The translations under genes and the position numbers were made by a program. This document shows positions 12,629 to 23,758 of a stretch of 47,484 nt of DNA, in pieces. Within the stretch, counting starts at the first letter, position 1; each line of letters begins with the position of its first letter. Source of the DNA: Halocafeteria seosinensis (lineage: Eukaryota); the NCBI GenBank assembly GCA_001687465.1, contig LVLI01000204.1, forward strand, positions 124,001-171,484, read 5' to 3'. The notes under the pieces are model-generated. The model was given only the letters and a program-made list of their open reading frames with translations, did not search any database and had not been told where the DNA came from.

Positions 12629-13027
12629 CTTGCTTCCGATTTCTCAAACCCCATATGATAGGAAAACAAGGCGACCAAATGAGATGAATTATACCGCTGC
12701 AACAAACTTATTTCTCTTTGAACATCTCTATTTCAACGAGATAGTCTGGTGCTAGAGACAAACGTGAAGTGGCGGTTTTTCTNACGTCGCGTCGCACCGT
12801 CGCACGAGAACGCAACAATGTCACCAACTACAAATTGTTGTAGCAGGGTCCAGACTTCGCCTTGTAAGCTATCGATGCTGGAACAATGGTGATACTCAGT
12901 AGCTAGTGTTGAAATACGACGAGTTCATTCACATATTTTTGTACCTACGTACAACCTACGCAGTCTATTCACTCGTTGGTAACCCCTGGAAATGGTGGTA
13001 CAGCATACGGTACCACCTCAACCTAGA

Positions 13028-14794
13028 CTAAGCTCCTCCGTTGTTGCCATCGTTATTATCTCTTTGCTGGTCATTGTTGCCAGTGCTTCTATCTGCACTG
13101 GATTGAAGAGCTCGGATAAATGCTCCCACTGAATCGCCTCGAGAATTCTGCTCTGCTCCATCGGCCGGATCCAAGCCAAAGTTCTGGAAAATTGCATTGA
13201 AGTTCTCAGTCTGTAATGCAGCGGTCAAGGAGCCTAGTGACTGTTGAAACTGCGGTGAGTGAATTGCTTGGAACAAATGCTCCGAATCTTGTAACCCTTC
13301 CGGCAGTAACGGGGTCAAGCGTTGCTGTAGATCAGGACGGTCCCGGAGAAGTTGAGCCACTTTGTCAGTATCCACTACTCTCACCAATGACGGTTGAACA
13401 GGTTGCTCAGTTTGCATGCCCTGTAGAGCTTGCTGCATCGCGGATTGCATCATCTCCAGAGATAAACCTTGTGAAGCCTGCTGCGATGTGGACTCTGATG
13501 AGGCAGTTGTTGCATTGGTGCTCGTACCCAAGGCCGAACCTGTGGCCAAAAACAAAAAACAAATACAGGTGAGCCACAGGGGAACCAATCAAGGCTCGTT
13601 TTCTACTATACTGTTGTGCATTTTGTAACCCTCTTTACCCAGAGGTTGGGTCACTATCTGTTCTATCTGGGGCATTATTGTTGCCACCAGAGCCACTATT
13701 TGACGTACTTGTATTTGTATTGGTCCCACTCGTCGTTTGATTGCTGTTTCCACTCGATGTCTGAGACTGACCCGTTGTGGCTGAAGCACCACTGTCCCCT
13801 TCTGCCTCCTGCAGAGACATTGCAATAGCTGCCTCTAACGCTGCATCATCGTCTTCTCCTTCGCCCATCGACAGATCTGGTTGTTGCTGCTGCTGTTGCC
13901 CCTGCTGCTGGCCTTGCTGCCCCGAGAGAGCATTTGCTTGTGTAGACCCACCCCCTTGTATCATCTGTAGTGCCTCTTGCAAACTCTGTGTTTGCCTCTG
14001 TTGATTAGGACCTCCTTGTTGTTGGCCTTCCCCTGCAGATTGACTATTCTGTTGTTGCACTCTCTGTGGATTTTCCATCGCTTCTTGAAGTTTATTAATT
14101 AGCTCTCCATCTTTATCGGATTTCGGTTCTTGCATCCAAAAGAATATCTGTTGCTGTTGGCCACCCAGGTATCTGAACCTATATATGCGATCTCCCTCGC
14201 GTCCCGAATCAACTTTTTCCACTTTGGCGTCCCCTGGAAATACCGACCATTCCTGCAAGCAGCAAGAGCAGTATTAATCGTTTCATCTTATTTCTTGAAA
14301 ATTTCGGCCACAAATTTACCGCACTTACCACTTCCTTCGACCCACTTGCACGATTCTTCCAGATGAATTGTGGGATGCCTTCCCGATTCTTCTGTAATAA
14401 GATTTCCCCTCGACGACGATCGGGTGCCAGTTTAAGTTTCGGTCCACCGTTCACTTTATCATGATGCATTATGCCGGCGCGGAATGAAACCAACGGGGAC
14501 TGTAAGGGTCAAAACAATAAATGACTTCCCCTTCACAAAACTACAAAAAGCGTGGGTGAATCCAGGCTCCCTAGACTGTCGACCAGCGGGAAACGACAAA
14601 AAAAGGCCAGGTACTGTCAGCCTCGAAACAAGGCAATTGGGCCTCCAATTCATGACCATCACACCATTCTCGTGAGAGCAAGAAACACCATCATGTTTGC
14701 TACATACCTCACCCTGCTGTCCACCTCCTGCAGCTTGGCCTTGCTGCATTTGGCGCATCATAGCCGCCAACATGTCATTTCCTCCCCCACTCAT
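13028..14794 (-). CDS. RPN13: Proteasomal ubiquitin receptor Rpn13/ADRM1
   Basis: Pru domain (VSFRAG...PDRRRG...FIWKNR...VFPGDA...FFWMQE) and C-terminal DEUBAD (LLPEG...SPQFQQSLGSLTAAL). Introns at 14707-14500 and 14328-14253, plus one near 13.7-13.54 kb whose donor is uncertain. Confidence 0.9.
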
Positions 14795-15044
14795 TTTCTC
14801 GTGCTTTATTTTGTCAATTTGCAGCCACCACACTACTTCCCGACGATATACATAAAAATACTAATTGACTATTTAGAAGAGACCGTCATTTCTCCTTTAA
14901 TACCCCACACTGTGGGGCAGATTGCTGATATTGAAGTTATCCGGGCCGACGGCCCGGAGGCACGCCACGCCACGCCGACTCAAAAAGGCGTGGGGAGCCT
15001 GTGTCGACGTTTCCGAGCGCTATACCGGAGGTAGGCGTGTTCAG

Positions 15045-15615
15045 ATGGCATCCTCCACGCACCAGAAAGATGCCTCTATGCATGAGGCTCCCGGCGGGGA
15101 CGGACAGCAGCCGGAAAACCAGGATAATGACGTGATGTTCGAAAAAATCTGTGTAAGTAACAGGTGAATGACGCCGAAATCGCCGTATATGTCCTTATTT
15201 TCGGCTTTTGGGCTCCTTCAGATTCCTTCTCCGGGAGAAGGCGCTGATCCGAAGCTGCATGAAGTGTATCAGGAGCTTATGGACCATATGAAGTACGCTG
15301 AAGAGCATCAACACCACCCTCACAGAAGTGGAGAAAGCTCCACGGACAGGCGTACAAAGCTAAATGAAGCCGAACGCCCCGATTACTTTAGTAATTACAC
15401 CTTAGGGCAATTGATGGGCCATTTCGAACAGATGGAACAGGAGAAAGGGAAACTTGCGAATGAGGAAGGTAAGTGCCGCTCTGGACTTGCAACTCTACTG
15501 GCTCGATCAATAGTTCGATTTTGATCATTATGCAGATGAGGAGTTGCAAAGGATACAGGGATTGGGTCTTTTCAATAAAGCCACTGAACAGGAAGAACAT
15601 ACACAAGGAAGTTAA
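15045..15615 (+). CDS. Small three-exon protein with a LIN52-like C-terminal helix pattern
   Basis: Introns at 15153-15221 and 15469-15535 give a continuous frame ending ...YTLGQLMGHFEQMEQEKGKLANEEDEELQRIQGLGLFNK...TAA. The LIN52 resemblance is by eye only. Confidence 0.55.
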
Positions 15616-15755
15616 ACCAATTGGAGCTTGCTTGACGAGCCCATCAGGACTCGCTATTCACCACCACCAGGGCCCAAGGCTTGAATAACGGATGTCTTCG
15701 GCAAAGCAAAAATAGCAACAGAATGAACCGTTTCCGTTCTCCACCGAATGTTTAT

Positions 15756-18516
15756 TTATTCTTCATTATACTCGTTCTGGGTCAGTGCATTCTCAAGCAT
15801 ATTGAGTACATCATCTATTTCTCCAGATTCGTTGAGCGACGTCTCGTAAGTATTGGGCACATTTTCTTTTTGAGACAGAACGTTATCGTGCGCCGCATCG
15901 GCTATGCGACTTTCGTAGAAGGAATGCGAAGCGTGGCTCGTGTTGAAACTCGAATGTCTACTAGAATAGACATCTTGAGCAAAGCGTAGTAACCTGCTGC
16001 GAGCCCATTCATCAGCACTTGTAAACGCTCTTCTTTTAAACTCGGAGGTAGCAATGCTACTCTTCGCCTGAGCATTCTTCTTCTGCGCGTCTCTCTGCAC
16101 GGATGTAGTCTTTTTTACATACGCAAGTCGATCCTGAGCCCGTTGCAACCTTTTCCATAAATGCTGCACCTTATCCGAAACCGCTGAGAAAGCATCCTCG
16201 AATCGCTCGAACGAATCATTCAACAAAGAGACAATCGACCGTTCTGGCCTAAGAGATGTTGCCACTGAATCTTCCTTGTTTTCCAAAGACTTACATAGAG
16301 CTAACAAATACGAGCTACGCTGTTTCCACCGTTCTATCTCTTCCTTCATATCTTCGTTTTCTCTTGACAGCGAATCCTCAGATAATTTGGTCTTTTCAGT
16401 AAGTAGACTATGCACGAACAGGCTATTCACTGGCCCTGTTGCTTGATTCCAACGCCGTCCCACACTTTTTGACCTCTGTTCGGTCAATCGGTTCCCCCCT
16501 TCAACGTCCAAAGCTCTGAATTGAAGCGACAAGCTGTCCTTAGAATCATCGTCATCACTTGCGGGTCGGCTAATAGGTGCTCCTGAAAGTTTCATTAGAG
16601 CCGCTTTTGAAGCCTTCACGTTTTCAAGCTTCTCTCTTGTGTCCTCGATTTGTCGCTCTTTGAGCTGGACTTCCTCTTTCGACGCCTCCAGTTGTTCTCG
16701 CAATTTCCGCATTTCAGCGCCTTCAGATTCACTACTTGTGTTCACCCTTCCGTCGTCCGCATTCATGCGCTGTGCAGGGGCATAGTTCGCAGAGCCCGTG
16801 AGAAGATTTATCCTTTCTCGCAGCGAATGAAGCTCGCTAGATTGTTGGAAGATGACCTTCTTGTTCGTCTCTCGCCGCTGTTTCAAGTAGGTAATGGCTT
16901 CCTCTGCATGCCTCAATTTTTGCTGCAGGTTCTCACACTCCTTCTCCTTCTGTGTAGCACGTACTTCCGCTTCGTTCCATCGCTTTTCGTAGTCTTCGAT
17001 GGCATCTTCCGCATTTTTCTTTTCACAGTCTATTCTGGCAACGGTTTCCCTCAACTCGGACGCATAATTGGATATCTCCTCAACATGCGCTTGCGCTTGC
17101 TGCTGCTTCGATTGGTTTAAGGAGTACTGAACATTAATATACTCGTTAAGCCTGGATATCTCTTGTTTCAAGTTGGCAATCGCACCTTCTCCTCCATAGT
17201 TATTCATGTATGACAGGTTAGACTTGAGTTCTTCCCCTTGCTCCTCCATCTGGCGAAGCAGTCGTGATAATTTTCGATTTTGCGAAGCCGCATGGTCTAA
17301 GGCCACGCCCCTGAACTCACGAAGAGAGGGTACCAATTCTTCTAGCTCCTCGGCGGTAAGACTCTTCTCATGGCTGCCTGGCTTCTTTTCGTGCCCGAAA
17401 TGGCTGAGGCAATGCTTAAAGAATGCTAACTCCTCTGTAAGATCTGAAACCCTTTCTTGGGCGGAATACAAAAGCGAATTACTGCGTGAGTATTTGACAC
17501 GTAGTTCTCGATTTTCCTCCATTGCGGTGGACAGCTGATCCAAAATGGATCGGATAACGATTGCAGATTGAGATAGTCCAGCTCTCAGGCGATTGTTATC
17601 AGCTGAGGCAGTGGGCATGAATGAAGCAATGAGCTTTTCAGGGTCTGTAATCCTCCGTTGATGGTCATCTGTGAGGGTAACAATTTCAGGTATGGCATAT
17701 AAATCCGGGTTCTTCGGCTCCTCTCTTGCAGGCGAAGCGACCTCTTTCCCTTTAGATGACCGTAGTGGAGAGTTGCTGCATGGAGGAGGATCATGAGCAT
17801 GCTCTCGTGAATCATCCCGAGATCCGGCTTGGTCGATTTCCTGTGTTGCAGAGATCCCTTTAGAATAGGCGTAGTCTACGAAACCCAAATATTGGCTCTC
17901 CTGCAATGGTTTCGCCTCCTCTCCACTTTGTGTCGTCTGTCCATGCGATTTCGACTTTGTATGAGTTTCATTAAGGGCGCTATACTGCCTTTGACAGGTC
18001 AAATGGTGTTCCTGTTGTAATACCTGACTTTCCCAGTCCTCTGCCGTATCTAGGTTGTCGGTCTGCGTTTCAGGTGCCGTAGACTTCTCATGTGATGGGA
18101 AGGGCTCTTTCCTCGGCATGTTCAAGACCATTTTCCGTCGTGTGGGAATCTCTTCCTCTCCTTGTTTTTCCTCCTTCTCCGTTTCCTGCTCTGCATTTTC
18201 GTCATAATCATAACTTCTGTACAGGACACTGGATTCGACCTCTTGGCTGTAGCGTTCACCTCCGTCGAGGTCGTATGATATAAACTCTGCACCATTTCAA
18301 AGATAATTGTTAAACCTTGATAATGCACGCATCGTCTCTAAAAAGGATAAAGGCAACCTTACCTCCGTCATGAATGGATAATTCGTCCAACATATCGTAT
18401 ACAAGATTTAAATCCTGCTGGTGGTACTTCTCCTGAGCTTCATCATCCCAAAAACTCGTTCTCTCCCCTTCGTAGCACAACGATGAGGGCCTTTGCGCCG
18501 ACGCACAGGCGCTCAT
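15756..18516 (-). CDS. Large coiled-coil protein of unknown function
   Basis: The 791-aa ORF has long heptad E/K/Q-rich stretches. Its frame stays open upstream to an acceptor at 18287, and a phase-1 intron (18362-18287) links to an exon starting MSACASAQ at 18516. Confidence 0.7.
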
Positions 18517-18834
18517 AATTGCTCTGTGTGGATGGGAGACCGAATACGTCAAGAAACAGACAACACGGAAGGAAAAACTTTTTGGCACAATTCAAAACGA
18601 CGCCGGGCGCGTTGCCGGGTTCTTTGTGAAGTTGGAAGGTTTTCGTCTCACCAGGAATTTCAGAGACAGCGCCGGGACCGAGACTGTTATACACGAGGAG
18701 GGATGGGACGTTTATTTGGTGTGAAATAGTCGGTGTGCTGCCATGGTGCCGAGAGTGGATCTTGAAAGTGCCGTGCGGGATGCCTATTTGCTTGTACACC
18801 GCGTCATTCTGCACGAAACCTGGAAACAGCAGTT

Positions 18835-19929
18835 ATGAACAACGACAGTGGAGAGGTTATGCACGAGCCCAGATCGGACAACAAGGATCAGCCATTCAGC
18901 GGAAGCGCAAAATCCGCAGTAGACGCGTCCGTACAAGAAGAGGAGCATCATGGTAGAACTGATGAAGAAAACACCTCGGAAGACCTCTACGTCAGTGTAT
19001 CCCCGGCAGCAAAGAATGCGGATGGATATACGCCCCTTTCTTTGGAGCATGACCAGGAAACGTCAGACTATGAATCCAAAACTCCTGGGACCGGGAACGA
19101 AGCGTATGGAGCCCAAAAGCGGGCGCGTTTCGCGGACGATATGAACTTCGAGTACAGAGAGAAGGGCCGCCGCGATCGGTCAATGGCTACGCATGTAAGG
19201 AGATTGGCTCGTAAAGTTAGTAGTCACAGCGAAATGGCTATCCAAGAAATTGCATCTCTCGCTGATCATCAAACTGAGAAATCCCCGACGGAAATCTTCG
19301 CAAGGATTGTCCTCTTCGAGTGTATTCTAGTGACGGGGTCTCTGTTGTATCGGTACCTCGCCTGTGGAACCTTGCGTGTGGAATGCGCAGGCAAGGCATC
19401 CCCCGAAATGTGGAATGATTCCATGTCATTGCTCGTATATGGAGGGATATTATACTGCACAGGTCCGACATTGACGCGGAAACTAGGCCTGGTCAGTGTT
19501 GCCACATTTTTCCTTTCCCTGTTCGGGTTTGCATTCATTGGAGAAATACGGTTCCTAAAGAATTCATTGGCAGGGAGTGATTGGTACACGGTTCCTTCCA
19601 TATTTGTGTATATACTTGGCTTTTGTGCTCTGCTGGGAATCCTGTCCTATAGCATTCTTATAGCTCCAACCAAGCACGACCGACGACTAGGCTATTACTT
19701 GATTGCGGGAATTATCGGCTTTTTCCTTTCAGGTTTCCTGGTAACCCAATTTGCAGTTACTGAAGGCTTTTATCATGTCCACCATTATCAGATGGCGTTT
19801 TTTGGAGCACTTTTACTGAGACACCCAGAAGACAACCCTTCCACAATCATGCGATGGGCTATTCTTGGAGTGTTCGTGCAAGGAATCTCTGCCTACGGTT
19901 TCGATAGCTCTGTTCGTGGTTTGACATAG
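18835..19929 (+). CDS. Multi-pass membrane protein with a C-terminal HxHHY...GVFVQGISAYG motif
   Basis: 364-aa intronless ORF with an acidic disordered N-terminus, about 6-7 TM segments and a YHVHHYQ histidine cluster. Confidence 0.7.
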   Translation: MNNDSGEVMHEPRSDNKDQPFSGSAKSAVDASVQEEEHHGRTDEENTSEDLYVSVSPAAKNADGYTPLSLEHDQETSDYESKTPGTGNEAYGAQKRARFADDMNFEYREKGRRDRSMATHVRRLARKVSSHSEMAIQEIASLADHQTEKSPTEIFARIVLFECILVTGSLLYRYLACGTLRVECAGKASPEMWNDSMSLLVYGGILYCTGPTLTRKLGLVSVATFFLSLFGFAFIGEIRFLKNSLAGSDWYTVPSIFVYILGFCALLGILSYSILIAPTKHDRRLGYYLIAGIIGFFLSGFLVTQFAVTEGFYHVHHYQMAFFGALLLRHPEDNPSTIMRWAILGVFVQGISAYGFDSSVRGLT

Positions 19930-20570
19930 ATTACGTGTGTAACATGGATAAATGATAGTAGTTTTCGTTCTAAACACAGTGAACAAGGCTCAAGTGGGAA
20001 GGGAAATGGAAGTGCCTAGAACAGGCGAACACCCCCGAAAATACCGTCGAAGGGTGTTCGGAAGTATTCTCAGCAGAGAGACCGTCCTTCTTGATGCTTC
20101 CGTTGAACAAGTTGAAGGGGTACCTGACGAAACTGGCACTGCGGCAGCGTATGTCCCTGCTCCGTTCTTGCAATCGCTTTTGGCATGTTATAGGAAGCAA
20201 CTCTGACTCAGTGCGGAGTCCACTGCGGATATCCTGTGAGTGTCGTACAGCTTTGTGCTGTACGTATGTAACACGTTGCTTGAAGCGAATCGGGATCAAC
20301 TAGATATGTTTAACGTGCAACGAAATTGCATGTTCTCCGTGCTTGACAGGGGACTATATCTCAATATATAAGATTTCCCCAAGCTATCCTACGTGTAAGC
20401 CTAGCACACCACTAATTCCTAACTCTCGCGTTGGGTGAAACTTTTGTTTGCTGCATGCATCTCCGTCGCTCTCATTCAGTAGCGGATATGTGCGTGGTAT
20501 CGTATAATATGACTAAAATCTGTATCTGAGTGTGTGCTTGTGACTAAATGCTAGCTAGAGAAATCGAAAA

Positions 20571-21625
20571 ATGTCGGATCGATGGACGAGATTAATCCAA
20601 AAAGCGGAGGATATGCTGGAACAGATCAACTCGGAGGTGTCTTCGGGCGATATAGAGGATGAGGTAGGTCGATACACATGTCATACGGTATTCTGTAGGC
20701 TTAGATAGTACAGTATAACTTATTTGTGATGTTTCTGGGTGGATACAGGAACTGGGAAACCGCGTTAATAAACTCAAAGGACGAGTGCAAGCGGCTGAAA
20801 AGCACTTGAAAGAGGTGGATAAGAAGCCGGAGGACTACCCCTAGTAAGTGGGATGAATGGGAGGGATGTATTCCTTTACCATGTTAGCACGTTCTACCGC
20901 CATGCTTGGTCTTGCCTGCAGCTCGGAGAATACAAAACGACACATGCATGATACACTGGAGCACCTGCAAGAAAGAGTTAAGACCCTGGAAGGCAAGACA
21001 AGACAAGCAAATAGGTAAGTGGATGTCAGCGTCGCTTATTTTTATCTCCGTTATTTCGCCTTGGATTTATTTGTCTGTATTGGAACCGACCCGCTATTTG
21101 TTAAACGACGACTTGTCTTTGATTACCTGCAGAAATGCGCTCTTCCATGGAGCGAGCGGACGAGATGAAGAGAGGGCAGATCTTAGCGGTCTTGATAATA
21201 AACAGATATACCAACGACAACAAGACACAATGAAATGTAAGCCAGTGACGGCGTTGTATCGAATGATGTTTGATAATGTTTATCCCGCTCCTGCAGCCCA
21301 GGATAAGGTATTAGACTCATTTGAGGGGATTGGCGAGGAACTCACCCATACAGCCCAAGCTATTGGAGATGAAGCGAGTTACCAGACGGTGAGTCTAAAC
21401 GTTTTCTCTGATAATGAATCCAACACTGGAATAGTCTCCTATTCCTTCCTGCAGAAACTCTTAGATGATACAAACATCGATGTGGAAACAGCCGATGATG
21501 CGTTAGAACGGGAGACAAGGCATGCACGGCATGTGAAAGAATACTCCGCTGTCTGTTGGATGTATATAGTGATAATACTGGAAATCATAGGCGTCGCAGT
21601 TTTGCTGATTGTCAATTTCTCATGA
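20571..21625 (+). CDS. Qc-SNARE (syntaxin-8/SYP5-like)
   Basis: Six exons (donors gtaggt, gtaagt, gtaagc, gtgagt) give MSDRWTRLIQKAE..., the SNARE motif QDKVLDSFEGIGEELTHTAQAIGDEASYQTKLLDDTNIDVE and a C-terminal TM anchor. Confidence 0.8.
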
Positions 21626-21650
21626 TGAATATAATATATAACTTGTATCA

Positions 21651-22525
21651 TTATTTCTGCGATGTAAGACGAGCGTTATCCATCACTGACTGATTAAACG
21701 ATATGAGAAATACTGTCCGGGGTTCATCATTGTTGGGTCCTCCCTTTACATGATGCGTACTAACTTTGCATGGCTGCAACACGAGAAAGGCAGGGTGGGA
21801 TATGCAGTGGAATCACGACTTCTGGCACAGCCCTTGAACTTACGAAGTTACTCTGCTCTAGCATTCCTTGTAATATGCCTCCAATAAACACGGCACAGTT
21901 AAAGCTTCCAAAGTCTTTGGGAACGGAGATGTATCTATTTGTCAGCGGGGCGTTATCGTATATCATATCTGCAAACATCTTGCAAGTGAGGAATTTCCAA
22001 ATCCGAAAGATCAAATCAACACGTACATGAATTATCATGCTCTGTGCTCTTCTCTAACCCATCTCCTTGCTTCCCGAATAAGTGCTTCCAGACCGTAGAC
22101 GATATAAATTGGAGCATTTTTTCCACATGAGGCTCTCGAACACCGGGGGAAGCCCGCGCCATGATCAATTCAATATATCTCATTCCAATACCGTGGCCTA
22201 ATTTAGTTAATTCCTCCGATAAATCACTCAAATGGTCAGCCCGCTCCCAGAAATAGCACACGATTTCAGCAAATAAAGCTCCAAATGCGCTCGATGGCAG
22301 TGTTTTGTGTTTCCCTGCCATCTCTGCACTTTGACTGCTGCGCTTTGCAGTCAGCCCCGTGGCCAGAGGTTTGTCTAAAGGGCATGCAAAATGCTCCCAA
22401 GATCTCACATGGGGTGTCCTCTCGGTGGAGGATTCATCTATGGCAAGCGCTCGACCCCCTTGGGAATGCTCCTCCAGTTGTCCACTGGCACTTACAGGAC
22501 TATTAGTGGCATTGTTAGCACTCAT
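21651..22525 (-). CDS. TRAPPC5: TRAPP complex subunit 5 (Trs31)
   Basis: Motifs SAFGALFAEIV, LGHGIGMR, LQFISSTVWKHLFGK...LEKS, YISVPKDFGSFNCAVFIGGI and PCKVSTH...RTVFLISF. Two GT-AG introns. Confidence 0.92.
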
Positions 22526-22676
22526 TATTACATTTACTTTTTTAATTGGATGGGATTGTTCTGTTTGGATATCAATACCAATCCTTGGAAGAAAGAATAG
22601 ACTACCATATTTCATACAGAGTGATGAGGGTGTTTCAAGGCGATATTAACCAAATTCGACCAGATACGAAACACTC

Positions 22677-23636
22677 ATGCCCTCCAAACAATCTTCAACA
22701 ACATGTTCCCAAAGCGCAGCTATGCCGCTATATCTGATAGCTGTCGGTGGTATCATCAAGATTCTCCTGGCAGCGCTCACCCATTACAAAGAGCGGAGCA
22801 TGGATGAACAACTTTATTGGGATGAAAGTGACCGCAAAAAGCATCTTTTCGACGAATGGCGTGAGAGAGGAGATGTTAACAATGAGTCCCGTGGAATTGA
22901 AACCTCGGAGCAATTAACTTTTTCCCGCTGGGAGAAATTCAAATTCCGTATGATGGACATAATTCCCACCGTCTACCTGGTCTACGGACTTGTTGCCATA
23001 CCTGCACAAGCGGTTCTCGATATCTATCATGTCGCTTCGTCAGGCACTCCCCAAGGATGGGTGCGATACCAATGTTACGCAGAAATACTGCTCAACAGCC
23101 CCAACCTCGGAAATATCGCCATGCAGGTACTACTGGCTATGGTTAAAAATGACAAGGGTACGGACGAAGAGGGAGAATTTGATTTTCCCTTTGGCAAATC
23201 CACAACTTGGACTGGGAGATGGCTCTTCTTCAGTAGGCTTGTTGTTTCCACATTGTTGGTTCTTGTCTATCTCCCACCTTTGTTGACTCATTTTGTTCCC
23301 TTTGTCTTCGTCATCTACGTGTGGGCCACTCTCCTCCTACTGATCGGAATCAGCCTCTGTTTGGCAATGTTGCGAATACCGATGCAGAAGATCTTCAACA
23401 TGGACAATGACGAATTTTTCACTGAGCGATTCATTGGCTATATCTTCTTTGAAGGGCTGATGCTGGTGGTGCTTTCCCCTCTCGCCGGTTCTACGATGAC
23501 TCAATGGTACTCGCAGCCGCGCAGCTACATTGGTGCTATGCACGACGCACTAACAGAGAGAACCACAAAGAGGTATCTCGCGGAGGAAATTCATAGTGCA
23601 AGCCAGTGGTTCTCCTATTTCCACTTTTTTCTGTGA
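22677..23636 (+). CDS. Uncharacterised multi-pass membrane protein
   Basis: 319-aa ORF with several hydrophobic segments. Start uncertain (22677 or 22721). No family recognised. Confidence 0.6.
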   Translation: MPSKQSSTTCSQSAAMPLYLIAVGGIIKILLAALTHYKERSMDEQLYWDESDRKKHLFDEWRERGDVNNESRGIETSEQLTFSRWEKFKFRMMDIIPTVYLVYGLVAIPAQAVLDIYHVASSGTPQGWVRYQCYAEILLNSPNLGNIAMQVLLAMVKNDKGTDEEGEFDFPFGKSTTWTGRWLFFSRLVVSTLLVLVYLPPLLTHFVPFVFVIYVWATLLLLIGISLCLAMLRIPMQKIFNMDNDEFFTERFIGYIFFEGLMLVVLSPLAGSTMTQWYSQPRSYIGAMHDALTERTTKRYLAEEIHSASQWFSYFHFFL

Positions 23637-23758
23637 TAGGGAACTATGGTCAAGGCAATTAGGACCCAGGTGAACAGCACCAGGCACACGAGCTACTGTA
23701 ACATAGTTTCGGAGATATCCTCAAGGGAAGTAAAGTGTTAGTTTCTGTGGTATCCAAA

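Noticed and set aside
19950..20300. Short overlapping ORFs with splice-like signals
   Set aside because: No coherent gene model or recognisable product could be built.
20571..22525. Adjacent SNARE and TRAPPC5 as a trafficking gene cluster
   Set aside because: Two housekeeping genes being adjacent in a dense genome is expected by chance.
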